From NCBI GenBank assembly GCA_951406725.2, contig OX597832.1:10106001-10170000 (forward strand): a stretch of DNA of 64,000 bases, read 5' to 3'. Numbering within the stretch: the first letter of the stretch is position 1; every line of letters begins with the position of its first letter. The DNA is from Octopus vulgaris. Its lineage: Eukaryota. Positions 26,723 to 41,968 of this stretch are shown here, one piece after another. The position numbers and the translations under genes were made by a program. Below the pieces are notes generated by a model that worked only from the letters and a program-made list of their open reading frames with translations, searched no databases and was not told the origin of the DNA.

Positions 26723-29090
26723 TTTTTTTTTCTTCTTTCAAATTTGCTTCCATTTCTTGCCGAGTGTCTTCCCGACTCCTAGGGCAAAGAAACTCATAGT
26801 ATACATTGGTAGGCCATTAAACCAAACTCAATAGTTCGTTCATTTTTTTTTTTTTTTTAAGTTAAATTAAAATACATGAGCAGCAACAGTTCTCACATCG
26901 ACAATGCTCTTCTCAATATGTGTGATGTACCAGTTAAGACAATCTTTTGCACTTCTTGCAGGGATGGTAAGCCAGGGATCATTCTCATATAATTTTCGGT
27001 TCCCTTCTTGATCATTCCTAGTGCTCCTACGATCACTGGTATTGTAACCGCCTTGAGATGCCACATTTTCTCAACTTCAATGAGTAGGTCTTTATATTTT
27101 CTGAGCTTGTCAAACTCTTTCGCTGAGATATTATGATCACAGGGGATACTCATGTCGATCAATAAGCAAACTTTATTGTTTTGGTCTTTCACAACAATAT
27201 CTGGTTTATTGGCGTTGATGGTTCGGTCTGTATGTACTGGAAAGTCCCACAGAATGGTTACATTTTCTCCTTCAGTTACAGCCTCAGGGTGGTGATTATA
27301 CCACTTGTCGGCAGTTTTGATATTGTAATGCCGACTTATTAGCCAGTGGAGATATTGGCCAACTCTGTCATGTCTTAATTTATACTCCACTGGTGCTAAG
27401 ACTTTACATCCAAAGATTAGGTGGTCCACTGTTTCAATCATGTCGTTGCAGAATCGGCATTTTGGGTCTGCTCCATTTTTCATCACATTGGCCTGGTAGT
27501 TCCGGGTTAATAGGCTTTGATCTTGAGCAGCCAGGATGAAACCTTCGCTCTCTGCTTTTAGCCCTGAGCTCCGTAGCCACTGATGGGTTTGCTTCGGGTC
27601 AACATCAGCTTGTTTGCTGCGGGTCACATATTTGCCGTGCAGAGGTTTCTCCTCCCACCTAACAGCCAATTGCTCGTGCGCTTTATTCGTTGCCATCATT
27701 TTCACCTTCTTTGCAACAATAGTTGCCGTACTTCCCTCGGGTTGTTCAGTTTGGGTAACCTGCACGAGATCAATAGCAAATTTTTTGCTTTCCTTTATGA
27801 TAGAATGAAGCTTCTTTCGTCTCTTGTGATTATCCACGAGCTTTAGCATCCAGTCATTCGATATTTCGAGATATTTGGCCAGTCCAATTGTTGTTGTTTT
27901 GTAAGCTAGTTCAAATTGGATCAGGCCTCGACCTCCTTGGGCTCTGGGAAGGTAAAGGCGATCTACGTCTGCCTTTGGGTGGTGCATCCTATTACAACTC
28001 AGCAGCTTGCGTACTTTCCTATCTATATTCTTTACTTCACTCATATTCCAGTTCAACACATTGTAGCTATAAGTAACAACTGGAACTGCTAAGGAATTTA
28101 TAGCTAACACCTTGTTACGTGCATTTAGTTCAGATTTCAGGACTGCACGAACTCTCCTATAACATTCCTTCCTGATCTTCTCTTTCATGCTTGCATGCTG
28201 AATACCAGAGCCTTCATTTATCCCTAAATATTTGTATGTTTGTTCTTGCTCAAGCTCTCTTATGACTGTGTCAACATCTAACACGACTGAATTTTTGGTC
28301 TTCACTTTCCCTTTCTGGAAAGTGGCCTTGGCACACTTCTCAAGTCCAAACTCCATCCCGATGTCATCGCTGAATGCTTTCACGGTGCGCAATAGGCCTT
28401 CAAGTTCATTATTGTCTTTACCATAAAGTTTTAAGTCATCCATATAAAATAGATGGCTTATTTTTTTATTGGCAATTTTATACCCATACCCTGTTCTGTT
28501 GAATTCACTTGTAAGGGGTATTAGGGCTATACAGAATATTAAAGGTGAAAGCGAGTCACCTTGAAAAATTCCACAGTTGATGTTTATATTTTCTGAGGCA
28601 AGTACTCCATTAGAGTGGTATAATTGGAGATTCGTATTCCACAACGACATATTGTGCTTCAGGAAGTTTGAAATCACAGGGGAAATTTTGAAGATGTCCA
28701 GCGATCTCAAGATCCATGGATGCGGTATACTGTCGAAGGCCTTTTTATAGTCAATCCATGCGGTGCTGAGATTTCTGCGCTTGTTGTGACAGTTCTCAAG
28801 GATCATACGATTGATTAGCAGTTGATCTTTGCATCCGTAAGAGCCTCGGCGCCCCCTTTTTGTTCAATGGGGAAAATATCGTTCTTCTCCATGAATGCAT
28901 ATGTTTTCTCCGCCAGGATAGATGTTAGGATTTTATACGTGGTGGATAGACAGGTTATAGGCCGATAGTTTTTTGGAAGGTTGGTTTCGTTATTCTTTGG
29001 GAGTAGGTAAGTAATGCCACTTGCTAACCATTCAGGTGTTTTCTTTGGGTCTCTCATAATTCCATTGCGCAGCTGAACTAGCTTACCGTG
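26722..29090 (-). mobile_element. R4/Dong-clade non-LTR retrotransposon, 5'-truncated, young
   Basis: It encodes RT plus a CCHC zinc knuckle and a restriction-like endonuclease, and is flanked on both sides by (TAA)n (26686-26721, 29091-29141). Confidence 0.95.
26893..29090 (-). pseudogene. RT-RLE ORF of Dong element (637-aa ORF plus 5' part joined across one frameshift near 28850)
   Basis: NYRPITCL; WIDYKKAFDS; GIFQGDSLSPL; HLFYMDDLK; YKYLG; CRFC..ETVDHLIFGC; RHD; NKPDIVV..LIDMS; K..KY. Confidence 0.95.
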
Positions 29091-29141
29091 TATATTATTA
29101 ATATTATTAATATTATTATTATTATTATTAATATTATTATT

Positions 29142-30790
29142 ATATGTTTGACTCTTGCTTTCTATTTGTACAAATTGGATCCATATCTCACCCAGAGACC
29201 TCAAGAGAAAACAAGTTAGAAGTTCAAATTTAATTTTATGAACTGTTATTCTAGAGAATGTTTAAGAAAACATAAGAAAATTATGAATTTGTTTTAAAAT
29301 TTGAGATTACATAGACAGCAATATGGACAGTTCTCATGAGCAAGATCTTCTGAATTTCTGCCATTTTGGGGTTTCCTGGTATCTGACCCATGTAAGAATG
29401 AGCAAATTTTTCTCTCATTCCTAGGGCACATATGGCAAGAGGTATTGTTTTATTCTTCAGGTTCCACATTTTGCCAATTTCTATTTCAAGATCTTTATAC
29501 TTGCTCAGTTTTTGGTAGATCTTGACAGATACATTTATATCGATTGAAACAGTCGTATCAATAAGGAGGCATGTTTTTTGCAAATTACACAGTGAATACA
29601 TTGCGCAGCGCTAGCATACCTCTTGAGATACTCTTTAGGCGCAAGAGGATCGCACATGGGGACAACATGATCAATGGTTTCATCTTGTTCTTGACATAAA
29701 CAACACGTTGGGCAGCTGCCGTTGTTTAATACATTGGCTTGGTAGTTTCTTGTAGGTAGGCATTGAAACTTGGCTACTATGATAAACCCTTCTGCTTCTC
29801 ATTTTAAGCCAGAAGCCATTAACCAATGATGGGTAAAGGATTTGTAAATATCGGCATTACTAGCTCTCTTTGGGTATTTGCCATGGAAAGGTTTTTTCTT
29901 TGCCATTTATCAGTAAGAATATCTAAGGCAGCAGTTTTAGCAAGGGTTTTCATGCGCTTAAACGTTTCGGTGCTTGTTTCTAGTACGTCTAATTCTGGAA
30001 TTTCTTGTATTTGGAATTCACTTATATATTCCTTTGCCTATTTTGTTACTGAGTATGTTGCTTTCTTGTTTTCATGTTTTGAGAGACGATTTAACATACA
30101 GTCCCCAGCGTTTTTCTGGTAGGTGTCTGGGACGACTTTGGCAGTCTTCATTGTTAATTCCAGTTGTAAATGTCCTCAGAGTCCCTCTTTTCTTGTCAGA
30201 TAAATTCGTTTTATATCTGCCTCAGGGTGGTTCACTCTATGCATTGTCAACAATTTTCGCATTTTTCTGTTAATATAACTTATTTCAGTAACTGACCAGT
30301 TTCTGCTAATGAAACTGTAAGTCAGGACTGGTATGGCTAAAGCATTAATTGTTGCGATCTTGTCTCTTGCAATTAGCTCTGTTTTGAGTATTGATCTAAG
30401 CATGCGATAACATTCTCTACGGATCCTTTCCTTCATCACTGAATGTTTTATCCCGTCCCCTTCAAATGCCTTTAGGAATTTGTAGTCCGTCGTTGGTTCT
30501 AAGTCTTTTGTGACATTCTGCAAGTCAAATTTAACGTTAGACGTTTCTGCGATTTTTACTTTGGTAAAGGTAGGATTTGCACACTTATCTAGGCCGAATT
30601 GCATCCTGATGTCATCACTGAATTGTTTAACAATCGTAACTCTAGCCTTGTAGTTGTGTGTCAGTTTTTGCAAAGAGTTTTAAATCATCCATGCAAATGA
30701 GATGATTTATATTATTATCAAACTTTTTATAACCGTACTCTACATCATTGAGCAATTTCGAGAAAGGTGTTAGGGCTACACAAAAGAAGG
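29142..30790 (-). mobile_element. Second, older Dong-family LINE, head-to-tail upstream of the first
   Basis: HLICMDDLK, MQFGLDKC, AINALAIPVLTY and KLSKYKDLEIE. It has frameshifts and an internal deletion near 29590, and its 3' end abuts the TAA array. Confidence 0.9.
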
Positions 30791-31275
30791 AAAATGCTAC
30801 ATGAAATTCTTACATCGCCAACATTAAGATCTTTGTCCTTTCTCAGTTACTGATATGTCTTGACAGATACATTTAAGCCCATTGGGAAAATCATATCAAT
30901 GAGGAGTCATGATTTTTCTCGGAAGCCTTTCAATATAATATCTCGACGGAGAGTATACATGCATGTATGTATGTATGTATATATACATAAATATTTATAT
31001 ATGTGCGTGTTTGTGCGTGTTTGTGCGTGTGTGTGTGTGTGTGCATGTGTGTGTGTGTCTGTGTCAGTATATGAATATCGGGCATTGACTTACTTAATAT
31101 AAAAGGTATGTATTAACTTGAATGATGACGCAAAAGTTTGTATTGTTAAGCGTCTTCCAAGATTTAGATTGTTAGCTGTCGTTCTACTATTTATCGCCGA
31201 CGATATTCGATAATTAGATGAAATGCAAAGCCTTTTCCACAAAACCATATTTAATAAGATTTTATATATTATCAG

Positions 31276-31509
31276 CGATGATTTCATCTCAATCGAAGGA
31301 GAGGAGCTTTCTCCGTCCGGGTTGCGGATCCGTGGAACAAGCTGCCAGACGAGATGGTGAAGATGCCGACGACCGCATTGTTCAAAGCCTCCCTTGACCT
31401 CAAGTGGCCAGAACTCTTTACATGAACACCACCCTGTACTTAACTCCATGTCCCCCTACATGGCCTTGCTATTTGCTTTTGAGCCAAATTAACTAACTAA
31501 CTAACTAAC
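31276..31509 (+). mobile_element. CR1-clade LINE 3' end with (TAAC)n tail
   Basis: FHLNRRRGAFSVRVADPWNKLPDEMV..FKASLD..stop at 31423-31425, then a 3' UTR and taac repeats. Confidence 0.9.
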
Positions 31510-32134
31510 ATATATGCGTATATACCAGTGTTCTTGTAGGTACTTTTTCCTATGACAAATTTATACTTAGTAATACACTTTTGCGTTCAGATGCATAGCG
31601 GTATGTATTAACAAATATGTTACCTGGAAGAAGTTATGAATTTGAAAAATATAAATATTTGATTGACTCTGGTCACAATATTTAAAACAAAAAACAGCTC
31701 TTCTGTTCTACGTATTTCGATGAAAATCGTTTGAAGTCTGATAGATTTGCACAAGTATCGAAATTTATCTTTTTAGCGGATATTTTTCAGTTGAACATAG
31801 AACTACCCACTTGGTATAACATTAGATAAGGTAGAAATAGTATTGGCACCGAGTGTTCCCCTCTAGTGCAAGAGAAATCCAGTTGAATGGGCTCATTTTA
31901 ATAAAAGTTATAGGGCTTTCAATATTTACTCTCATAATATGGGAGAATAATCCAAGTAGAGTAAGCTTATGAAAGAAATACACTTTGTATTTGCATATAA
32001 TATTGCAAGTATTTAAATTTTAACAACTCGTTTGTAAATAAGAGCCGTTGTTTACTTTATTCCAAATATGTTCCTATTTGCTCTAATATAATATTTTAGC
32101 ATGTATATGTATGTACGTGTGTACATATATATAT

Positions 32135-32301
32135 TTACGTTCTGAGTTCAAATTCCGCTGAGGTCGACTTTACTTTTCATCCTTTCGGGGTGGATAATTA
32201 AAGTAGCAGTTACGCACTGGGGTCGATGTAATGGACTTAATCCGTTTGTCTGTCCTTGTTTGTCCCCTCTATGTTGAGCCCCTTGTGGGCAGTAAAGAAA
32301 T
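32135..32301 (+). mobile_element. SINE family B, 5'-truncated
   Basis: High identity to the other family B copies from the B-box to the tail. Confidence 0.9.
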
Positions 32302-32340
32302 ACATATATATCTTTACATATATATATATATATATATATA

Positions 32341-32464
<124 letters not shown>

Positions 32465-33163
32465 TATGTATGTGTGTGACAGGCAAATTTCTCAACGTAT
32501 TCTAAAACTAGATAAATAATATATTTTTTTCTTTTTGATTCTTGTAAAACTTAAAATTAAGATTTTCATACAACATAATTTTGTTCAATAAATGTAGTAC
32601 CAAGAAGAATTGGCACTGCTACGAAAAATTGTTGTTTCTATAGTTACATTAAATAGAAAAGCTATTATCAGTGTAAATTTTCAATATATAACCGCACTTC
32701 ACTAAAATGGCATTCCTTTGTAATAAACAATACATGTGTTTCTAATACTTCAATTTACTCATCAAGACGCGTGCAGCACATTACAATGGCAAAGAACGAG
32801 TTATTGCAATGCTTGGAGAAAACATTAAACAATTTTTAACAATGTTTTTCATAGCCTAGAGGTTGTTCGTTTGTTACAGGAACCTGCGCCTTGAAAAACA
32901 ACTGAACATCTGAACATTTGTATAAAAATTAATATTTTCCAAATATTTGTCATATTGTTTACATTTATGGAGACGAATTAACAATTACCTGAATAGAAAT
33001 CCTATTTTAGTTTCTTATCAAAAGAAAGAAGCAGTCGGAAAAATTGCATTAATATTTGAGAAGCAGGGCCGACATTAGTATTTGTGAGTCACTGTTTAAA
33101 AGACAAAAACAATCTTCAGGACTACATAAAGAAGCCTCCCTTACGCTGTATCAAATAGACTGG

Positions 33164-33262
<99 letters not shown>

Positions 33263-33751
33263 GTGAAAAACGTAAATGTATCTGAAGGTGAAAAAATGAG
33301 AGCATAGATATGAATGTCAAAATATACTCTCACCTATGTCTCACAGAGAAGTATCACAGCATATTTTGGTATTGCAAATATAGTAATATTGTATTTCTTC
33401 AGACGTCTTTATCACTCACAGAGAATATTGTCCACATTATTTATTGTCCATATTATGTATGAGGTTCAGAAAATAAGAAGCATGTGCAGCTGCTCGTAGG
33501 AAACGAAACTAATTTAACAATAGCTGCCAAATTTTCCTGCATGTCATTTACATGGGGATAATAAAAATATTACATCATATGACAGAACCGCGTGGGTTTC
33601 AGATGTTTGACGTGGTACGTACACTAACAGACAAAAGATTCATATGCAGCACATTTTGAGAGGATCTTGGTAAAAATATATTCAAATCTCGACAACTCAT
33701 CGTATTTCGATATTTTTGCTAACTGCTTCGTTTATATATCGTGAGGTCACA

Positions 33752-33825
<74 letters not shown>

Positions 33826-34065
33826 GTATATATATGACACAGAGATATATAAATATATATATTTGATAACTTTGCTTTCAACACTTGTGAAGTAACACAA
33901 TGTAGAATGTATGTAAGGAATTGTTTGACTGGGTATGGGGTAAATGTATGTCTTTATAATACACAGAATGTATTTTTACATTTGAAAGTCTGCGAAAAGT
34001 AACAAATATGAGCATATTCCGGAACGCCGTGCTTAGAAAGAGGAAAGAATATTAACACAGCACTA

Positions 34066-34210
34066 TGTAGTAAAGATTGTTTGCCAGCATAACATGGCAG
34101 TCCTGGTTTAGGAGAAATGTTGCTGTAATTTAGTTCCTGGGGCTAAATTACAGCAACCTTAGTCCTAAACCAGTACTGCCACGTTATGTTGGCAAACAAT
34201 CTTTACTACA
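34066..34210. mobile_element. Palindromic (fold-back) MITE-like element
   Basis: Two ~68-bp arms are reverse complements with few mismatches around a 9-nt loop (ttcctgggg). Confidence 0.75.
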
Positions 34211-35917
34211 AATTACTGTTGCTGAATATCTCAAGTTGTGTGATTAAAAGAAATAGTAAATTTCTAAACACAACACTGTTCACCAGTATGTTGTTCAAGA
34301 TGTACATATAATGAGATATAATAAATAAATTTTATATAAATAAATTTTTTATGGTATATCAATATAATATAGATTGTTATGGCAGTTAAAACAAAAAACA
34401 GAAAAATTAAGAAATAGGGGTGTAAAATAAGATCTGCAATTGCTAGAAATAGGAGGTAAAATATATAACTGGAATACCCACACAAAATCATCAAACTCAT
34501 GAGATATTGAAAACCTGTGAGCGGAAGCCACGACATCATTCTTCGGTGATATAAACTCACAGAATGAAATATTTTGATAAAACCGTTTCACGTGATTTCG
34601 AAATTTAACCAACATGGTCGTGTTTCTCCTCAGGATTTCCTCAATTTACTCCGGATTGAAGAGGCAGAATGCTCAGTTTTAGTTTATACACCACATGCAC
34701 GCACAAACACACACACGCACATACACACAAATACACGCATATATAGCGAAACATTTGCAAAACATTAGCCAGATAAAGCTAATTGATAAAATTAATTAAA
34801 GAGAGCTGTGGGGTTATGTATAAACTTAATGTAACTTATACAATGTTGTTGCATTGGATAGTTGGATGAATCTGTTTTTACTATGCTGTGCGAAATATTT
34901 TGGGTATGCAGAGTTTAGTGTTCGTTCGACAAAAGATATATTACAAAACATTGGTATATGGAAAAACAATGCTTCTGTTTCTGGAATTCTGAAGGGGATT
35001 CAATATAAGAATGCAACACAGTCCATCTTAGTTTCTATGGATAAATCTATTTGTGCGTAAGTACATACAAACAAACGCACGTACAGACAAATATAATCTA
35101 TGCATAACTATGTGTGTGAGAGTGCATGTGTGCGTGCGTGCGTGCGTGTGTGTGTGTGTGTGTGTGTGTGCTTGCGATTAGACATATTAAACGACTACGA
35201 GAAAGAATTATCGAAAATTGCTAAGGTGATATACAGAACGAAAAGAAAATCATTGTCTGATTGCACCCCAAACACGATCCATCATATATTTCTTGCTTAA
35301 TGCCTAAGAGAGTGTGTATGACTGAGTGATTATGTGCGTGCTTGCATAGTGCTTGTAATCGTGCGTCTATGTACGTACTATTAAGCCAGCTGAAACTGTA
35401 ATTTGTTTTCCAACACCTATTAAACCAAATTAACTACAAACATGCCAGTAATCCTTTCTGTCTTACTGGTAATATATCCCCTCATTTTGCTGGAAGGCTA
35501 CCTCTGGAAAATACGAATCATATGTGGAAAATGAAAAGGAGGAATAATCTATGAAAAACAACATAATTCGAATATTTTCTCTTTCAGCGATAGGTGTAAT
35601 TTCATTATTAGCTATAATTTTTGTTTTATTTTTTCAAATTAATAAAGTGTATTCATTTTGATGTAGTTACAGCGTATGAATATTCTAAAATAAGAAGCGG
35701 AAAATGTGCTGAAATCATTAAATGAAATATTAGGTTCTCAAAATTTTTAAAGGTAACCCCCCACACTCTTGTAACTAAGGTAATGATAATATTGTCACAT
35801 TAGTTATTCTAGAATTCTAACGATGTAACACTCACTCTCTAGAAGATACACATACACAAAAAGTCACATAGAGTGTATATGTGTGGGTGTATAATTTTTT
35901 ATACGCACATGTATATA

Positions 35918-36789
35918 CATCTGGGACTCGGCTGAGGATAGAATACACCGAATTATCCGTCCGTCGTTGTTTTCTTTGTATCGTCTATCTAGATGTTTGT
36001 TGTCCCTTTTTCGTATCACTTATCCGTATGGATGTTTTGCATTGTTGTCCCATTTTGTATTTTTTAATTAAAAAAAAAACATAGCGGCGTACGTACACTT
36101 TGGTTTCTTATATGTAAGTATATATATATTTATAAAAATCTTGCACGACTCTACTCTTTCTATTCTTTCATTCTTCCCTTCTTTCTATCAGCTCTTTCAC
36201 ACTTACTTCGTTCATTCCACTCTTCGTTCTTTCGTTTCCCCTCTTCCACTTTACCTAACCTTCTCTTCATTCTCTTCATTCACATTCCCTCCTCTCTTCA
36301 TTTCACTGTGTCACTTTAATTTTTCCTCATCCCTCCTTATTTCTTCTACCCCTCTGCCTCCACTTCTCCTCTTCTCTCCCCACGTGACCGGTGTTCGGCC
36401 AAGCCTGACGTTTCTTCGTTCAAATACCATGCATGCAACATCCATATTCCACTTTGTGACTGACAATCTTTTGTCCCTGACGTAAGGCTTTCCTTCCACA
36501 CGCGCCAGCTTAATTTTATTCGTCCTTAGTCGAAACACACTTGTTGTTAAGTCCTGATATTTGTATTTGTGTTCTTTTTCTGTCATTGTTTCCGTATAAA
36601 TTCTCTGCTTTCTTCCAGCGAATATAATGATGTTAGCTTAGTTTTTCTTTGGTGCTGACAACATTGGGGCAATAACCAGCAGAAATTGCAGAAATAATCT
36701 GGAACTCGACTGAGGATAGAAAACACCCGAATGATCCTTCCTTGTTTTCATTGTATCGTCTATCTGGATGTTTGCGTTCTTGTCCCATT

Positions 36790-36792
<3 letters not shown>
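35918..36792 (+). mobile_element. Penelope pLTR-like module with partial direct repeat and decayed hammerhead
   Basis: Homologous ends at 35918-36058 and 36699-36792 (ctgg.actcg.ctgaggataga..gtatcgtctatct.gatgttt..ttgtcccattt). A pyrimidine tract precedes CTGACGtA..GAAA at ~36477-36535. Confidence 0.5.
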
Positions 36793-36848
<56 letters not shown>

Positions 36849-36919
36849 CACATATATATATGTATGTATAAAACTATGTGATATATGTATGCATATGATA
36901 TGTATATATATATATATAC

Positions 36920-36969
<50 letters not shown>

Positions 36970-37351
36970 GTATATTTTACATGTATATAGGGTGAGGGAG
37001 AGAGAGAATATGAGGGGTTTATTTCACTCATGATCTGAACGAAGAGGTACGCTGTATAAGTGCTAGGATTGGTCATCCGTAAGGTTTGACCACTCATAGT
37101 GATCCGTGGTAGGATTGCGTATTAACAGGTATATATTAGAGGAAAAAGGATACCAAGGCCAAAGCAGGACGAGTATCTTAATTCATTTAAGGTATTTAAT
37201 TACAATGATGTGAATTAGAAGTAATTAAAACTAATTAAGTAAAACTAAGTAATTCACCTCACTTCAATTAAAAACTATAAATCACTTGACATACTTGGTT
37301 TAGTTGTGCTTTTTCTTCGCTTTCTCTTTCTCGCCCCCCTCTCTCTCTCTG

Positions 37352-37420
<69 letters not shown>

Positions 37421-38090
37421 GTATGTACATATGTAATAAAAAATATACAAACACATATACGTATATTTATATATAATTGCATGTAACTGCAACATGTCTT
37501 TAATAAAAGGACAATCATTTTGTCATATGCAACTCAAGGGTGTACTGTCATTAATTATAAACCATTTGGGATAATTTGAAAAGTAATTTCACGGTAGATA
37601 TAAAATTATTTAATCAATCACAACACTTGTTTATTCACTACGTTAAATATGGGCAGTAATTTTGTGTTCTAGCGTGCTTGGTGAATTTTATACTCAATTT
37701 TATACCCGATCATGAAAAAGGGCGAATATTAACAAATGTATAATGTATATTCTACAAAATACAGTACTATTTTATGTATATATATTTGTATTATACTGTC
37801 CATGTATTAATTTGTTCAGAAGTAATATTATATACTCTCAGACGAGAACCTAAGATCCATTAACTTTAAACTGATACAATACGATTGCGTCAAACTACCA
37901 CTACATTCTATGTAATGCATTCTGTTTAAACAATTTACTAAGTTAATTCATTCAAAACTCAAAAAATTCCCACCATATCTTCATTAAATTATATCACGCT
38001 TTCCTCGCATAATATTATGTACTGATACAACGTATATTTCGTGTGAATCATTCAATGTGCGACTATGCATTTAAAAATATGTGTATGATA

Positions 38091-38141
<51 letters not shown>

Positions 38142-38834
38142 ATGGGATTCATATACATATATATTGAGATATTACGTTTGAAAAATATTTCTGTTTGTAA
38201 TTTGAAACTATATCAAAAACTGACTTTAAATGTTTGTATTTGTGCGGTCGCAAATTGGAACACAAATATGGACACTCTGGCACACTCACATATATCTGTA
38301 TATTAATAAATATATGTGTGTGCGTGTGTGTGTATGTATATATGTAGGTACTTTTACATTTATATATGTATGTATACATTTATACACTCATATATATATA
38401 CATGCATATACACACATATTTATACATAGATATATGTAAACAGTTATATGTACACACACACACACACACACACATATGTATATATGTATATCCGTATATT
38501 TCATATATATATACGTTTGCATGTATGCGCACGCGTGTCTGTGTATGTATGCGAATGTAAATTTGTGTAGTCATAAAACAATATATCGATATATACGCTT
38601 AATGGCATACATGTTTGTCTGAAATCATGCTTGCGTATGTGTATTTGTTTTCGTACGTGTTTTAGCATGTACATTTATCCATATTGAAATTCAATTTTCT
38701 GTGCTTAAATGCGATAATTTCTCTCACCTCTCTCTCTCCCTCTCTCGCTTTCTCCGTCTCTCTATCTCTCTCACTTTATCTATTTATCTCACCATATATA
38801 CCCATATACATACATATATACTTATATATATATT

Positions 38835-38873
<39 letters not shown>

Positions 38874-38940
38874 GAATATGTATGTATATATAAATATATA
38901 AATATATATATGTATATATATATATATATATATGTATATA

Positions 38941-38973
<33 letters not shown>

Positions 38974-39629
38974 TATACATATATATATACATATACACAT
39001 ACATATATGAGTGTGTGCATGTGTGTGTCTGTGTACGGCTCCTCAGTTCCCATAAATGTTTGTTTATCAATGCAGGTTTTTGTGTCTCTTCATATTTGTG
39101 ATTACATGTAGCTATTTTACTTTGCCTCTTGCGAACTGTTAATTCGTTTCTTTTACTCTACAGCTTCTGAGAATTAAAACGTTTATGATTCCAAGTCTAA
39201 TATCATTATCCATACACGTTTGACATGAAATCTTGTCTTGTCTCTGATAGAATATTTTCTTTGTTATGACAATACATATTTTGGAGCGCTGAGAGATAAA
39301 GGAAAAGGAAATGTTATATCGAGTACATAAAATGGTATATTGAGAGAGAGAGACAGAGATAGAAGAGAGGAAAAGAGCTAAAAAGAAAGAGGATGTTTTG
39401 TGAGAACGATAGAATAAAGGAAACAATTTATTTCTATAATTCGTTTATAGGTATTTATATATTCCACAGCATGAAAAGCAATGAAATTGTGATGCTTGCA
39501 TTCATCAAGAGAAACCAGCATGAAGAAATAAATATCTGAATCAACAACTTGATTCAGACAAATATATCTTGAGATTTTGTACACTTTTCTACAGATCTTA
39601 ATTGGCGAAAGCAAGAATAATAAGAAAAC

Positions 39630-39738
<109 letters not shown>

Positions 39739-41389
39739 CCAAGGAAAATGAAAATATATTCTTTCATATAAAAGAAAATTGTTGGAATAAAAATAAAGAT
39801 TTTCTTTAGTATTATGAAATAAAGGAATATTTTTAATGCTCAAAATGACAGTCAAAAACATTGAAGAGAAATAATCATTCCAAGCATAAAGAATTATAAA
39901 GATATGTGCTTGAGCAAATGTGAATAATGTCTCTAGAATTTATTTCATGAATAATTAATGTTTAATTCAATATATTATCTAAGTGTATGCATCAAAATAT
40001 TTATTTGGATAAATATTCAGTTTTTTTCTCCTCTCCTTTCTTTATATGAGTCATAATTGTGTATGCTATACTATATCTCCATTGTATTTTTCGCTATTTA
40101 TTTATTAATGTTTCGTTCCTGTACATTTATCATGTTATTTTCCAGGTCTATTTCTTTCCTTTTTTCTTCTGTTAATTTATTCCATGTGATTACTGACTTT
40201 ACTCTCTTGCTTACTTAGATGCATTTTCTTTTATTCATCAAACATTGTGAGACATGAGATTACTTACATTTTTAAATAATTGTTTTCTGAAAACTCTTTT
40301 CAGATAATTGCGCTGACTTACGCATTTATTTCGCATTTGTAAACGTATATAAATATATATACTGCATTTCTATTGCGATGGTATATTGAAGTCTAATTGT
40401 TGTGATGCGTTATCGGGATATTCTTACTACAACACATTCATTTTAATCATATTGCCTTGCGTATATAATTTCAGACATATTTTACTTATTTTGCGTATAT
40501 GTTTCATAGAAGTGTAAACGCAACTATGTACGAAAAACACATTAGCTTTGGAGTATCATTCAGAAAGAATTATATTCTAATATGAAATGTGCATTAGTTT
40601 AAGCATCCGTTGTTTTAATACCCTCGGTAGTCCTGGGATTACAGAATTTGGGATGATATGTGAGATAACGTTTTATGTTCTCAACAATTGCCTTTTGACG
40701 GTGGTGTTCTGCTTGTGAGTAATAAGCTAGATTTCTATTAAATAACTGGTAAAGAGGAACTATCTTAAGAATATTGCAAATATACATTCTGTCCAGTTGC
40801 CCACGAAGTGGGAGTAGCAACAGTTACAAAAGAAAAGGTGATATTTATATTCTATATATCTGATCAAATTCCATAATTTGCTTATGGTGGAAAAGTGCAT
40901 ATCTAGAATACAATTGTAACATTTCATGAAAATATTAATTCAAAATGCTTTGCAACAAATATATTTCCCTGTAATTACATCTTTTAATAATCAAATACAT
41001 TTTTAAATGAAAATTGGCGATCTCTATATAAATGTATATCGAAAATATTTATGTTAAGAAAAGCTTCATAAAAGAGTGGTTATATAAGTTTACGTTTGCA
41101 AATATAAATAAACGCGTGGGATGTGTGTGTATGCGTGTGTGAGTGTGTTGTCTTAAGTGTATGTCTGTGTGTAATTCTGACTGTGTGATACGTCGTTTCA
41201 GAGACAAAGCGGGACAAAACTATCCGCATTATCTATTACACATATGATGTTCATATGTGCTCATACATATATAAACGTGTATTCCGTCTAATCCATATAT
41301 AAACGCGTATTCCATACATAAATGAGTATTCCGAGTATGTGTTGTGTGTTTGTCCCTGAATATAAATATATCTCATCGATATGAAAGCT

Positions 41390-41675
41390 ACAGCATAGTG
41401 AGGCTGAATTCGTCACACCTTCGTAAGCTCATGAGTTCCTTGACTAAGTCCCATTATTTCACATTGTTACTCTCCACTCCACTGGGAAATATATATTTTA
41501 CCTGTAATTCAAAGGCCCAGCCTTGTCCTAATGTGTGTCATGCTTGATTCCCTTTGAACTACGTTATTAGTACGCCTATTCGTAGAATTCTTAGCTAGTT
41601 CAAATATAATACCACAGGCGGGCTATTCCGTTGATCGGATCAGGCGAAATGCTGGCTGTAGTAAAAGACAGAGTG
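41390..41675 (+). mobile_element. Degenerate SINE (third family)
   Basis: cttgactaag..atttcacattg..aattcaaaggcccagccttgtc..gctattccgttgatcggatca matches, from memory, a cephalopod SINE body. Confidence 0.5.
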
Positions 41676-41905
41676 CTAGTTATATCTTTGAAATATTCAC
41701 GTAAAATCGTCCTTTGAAACTGAAAGTTGGCATCTAATTTAGAACTAGTAATAAGTATTGTGTACATCTATCAAATTTGAACATATGCCACCAGTACACG
41801 ATCGGAAGCAGGCAAAAGTACTTATTGTTACATATAAAAGCATATATCCTATGGACTTGGATAGCGCAAACACATATATCTTATCTATTTTCTGTTTCCT
41901 GTGTG

Positions 41906-41968
<63 letters not shown>

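Noticed and set aside
39139-39300. Pyrimidine tract plus CAG as a possible splice acceptor/exon
   Set aside because: No recognisable protein or consistent exon chain. Small host exons cannot be excluded without RNA-seq.
39535-39558. Perfect 10-bp hairpin tctgaatcaa-caac-ttgattcaga
   Set aside because: It is isolated and plausible by chance in 64 kb of AT-rich DNA.
40599-40820. Possible Penelope linker-region fragment
   Set aside because: The resemblance is too weak to support without a search.
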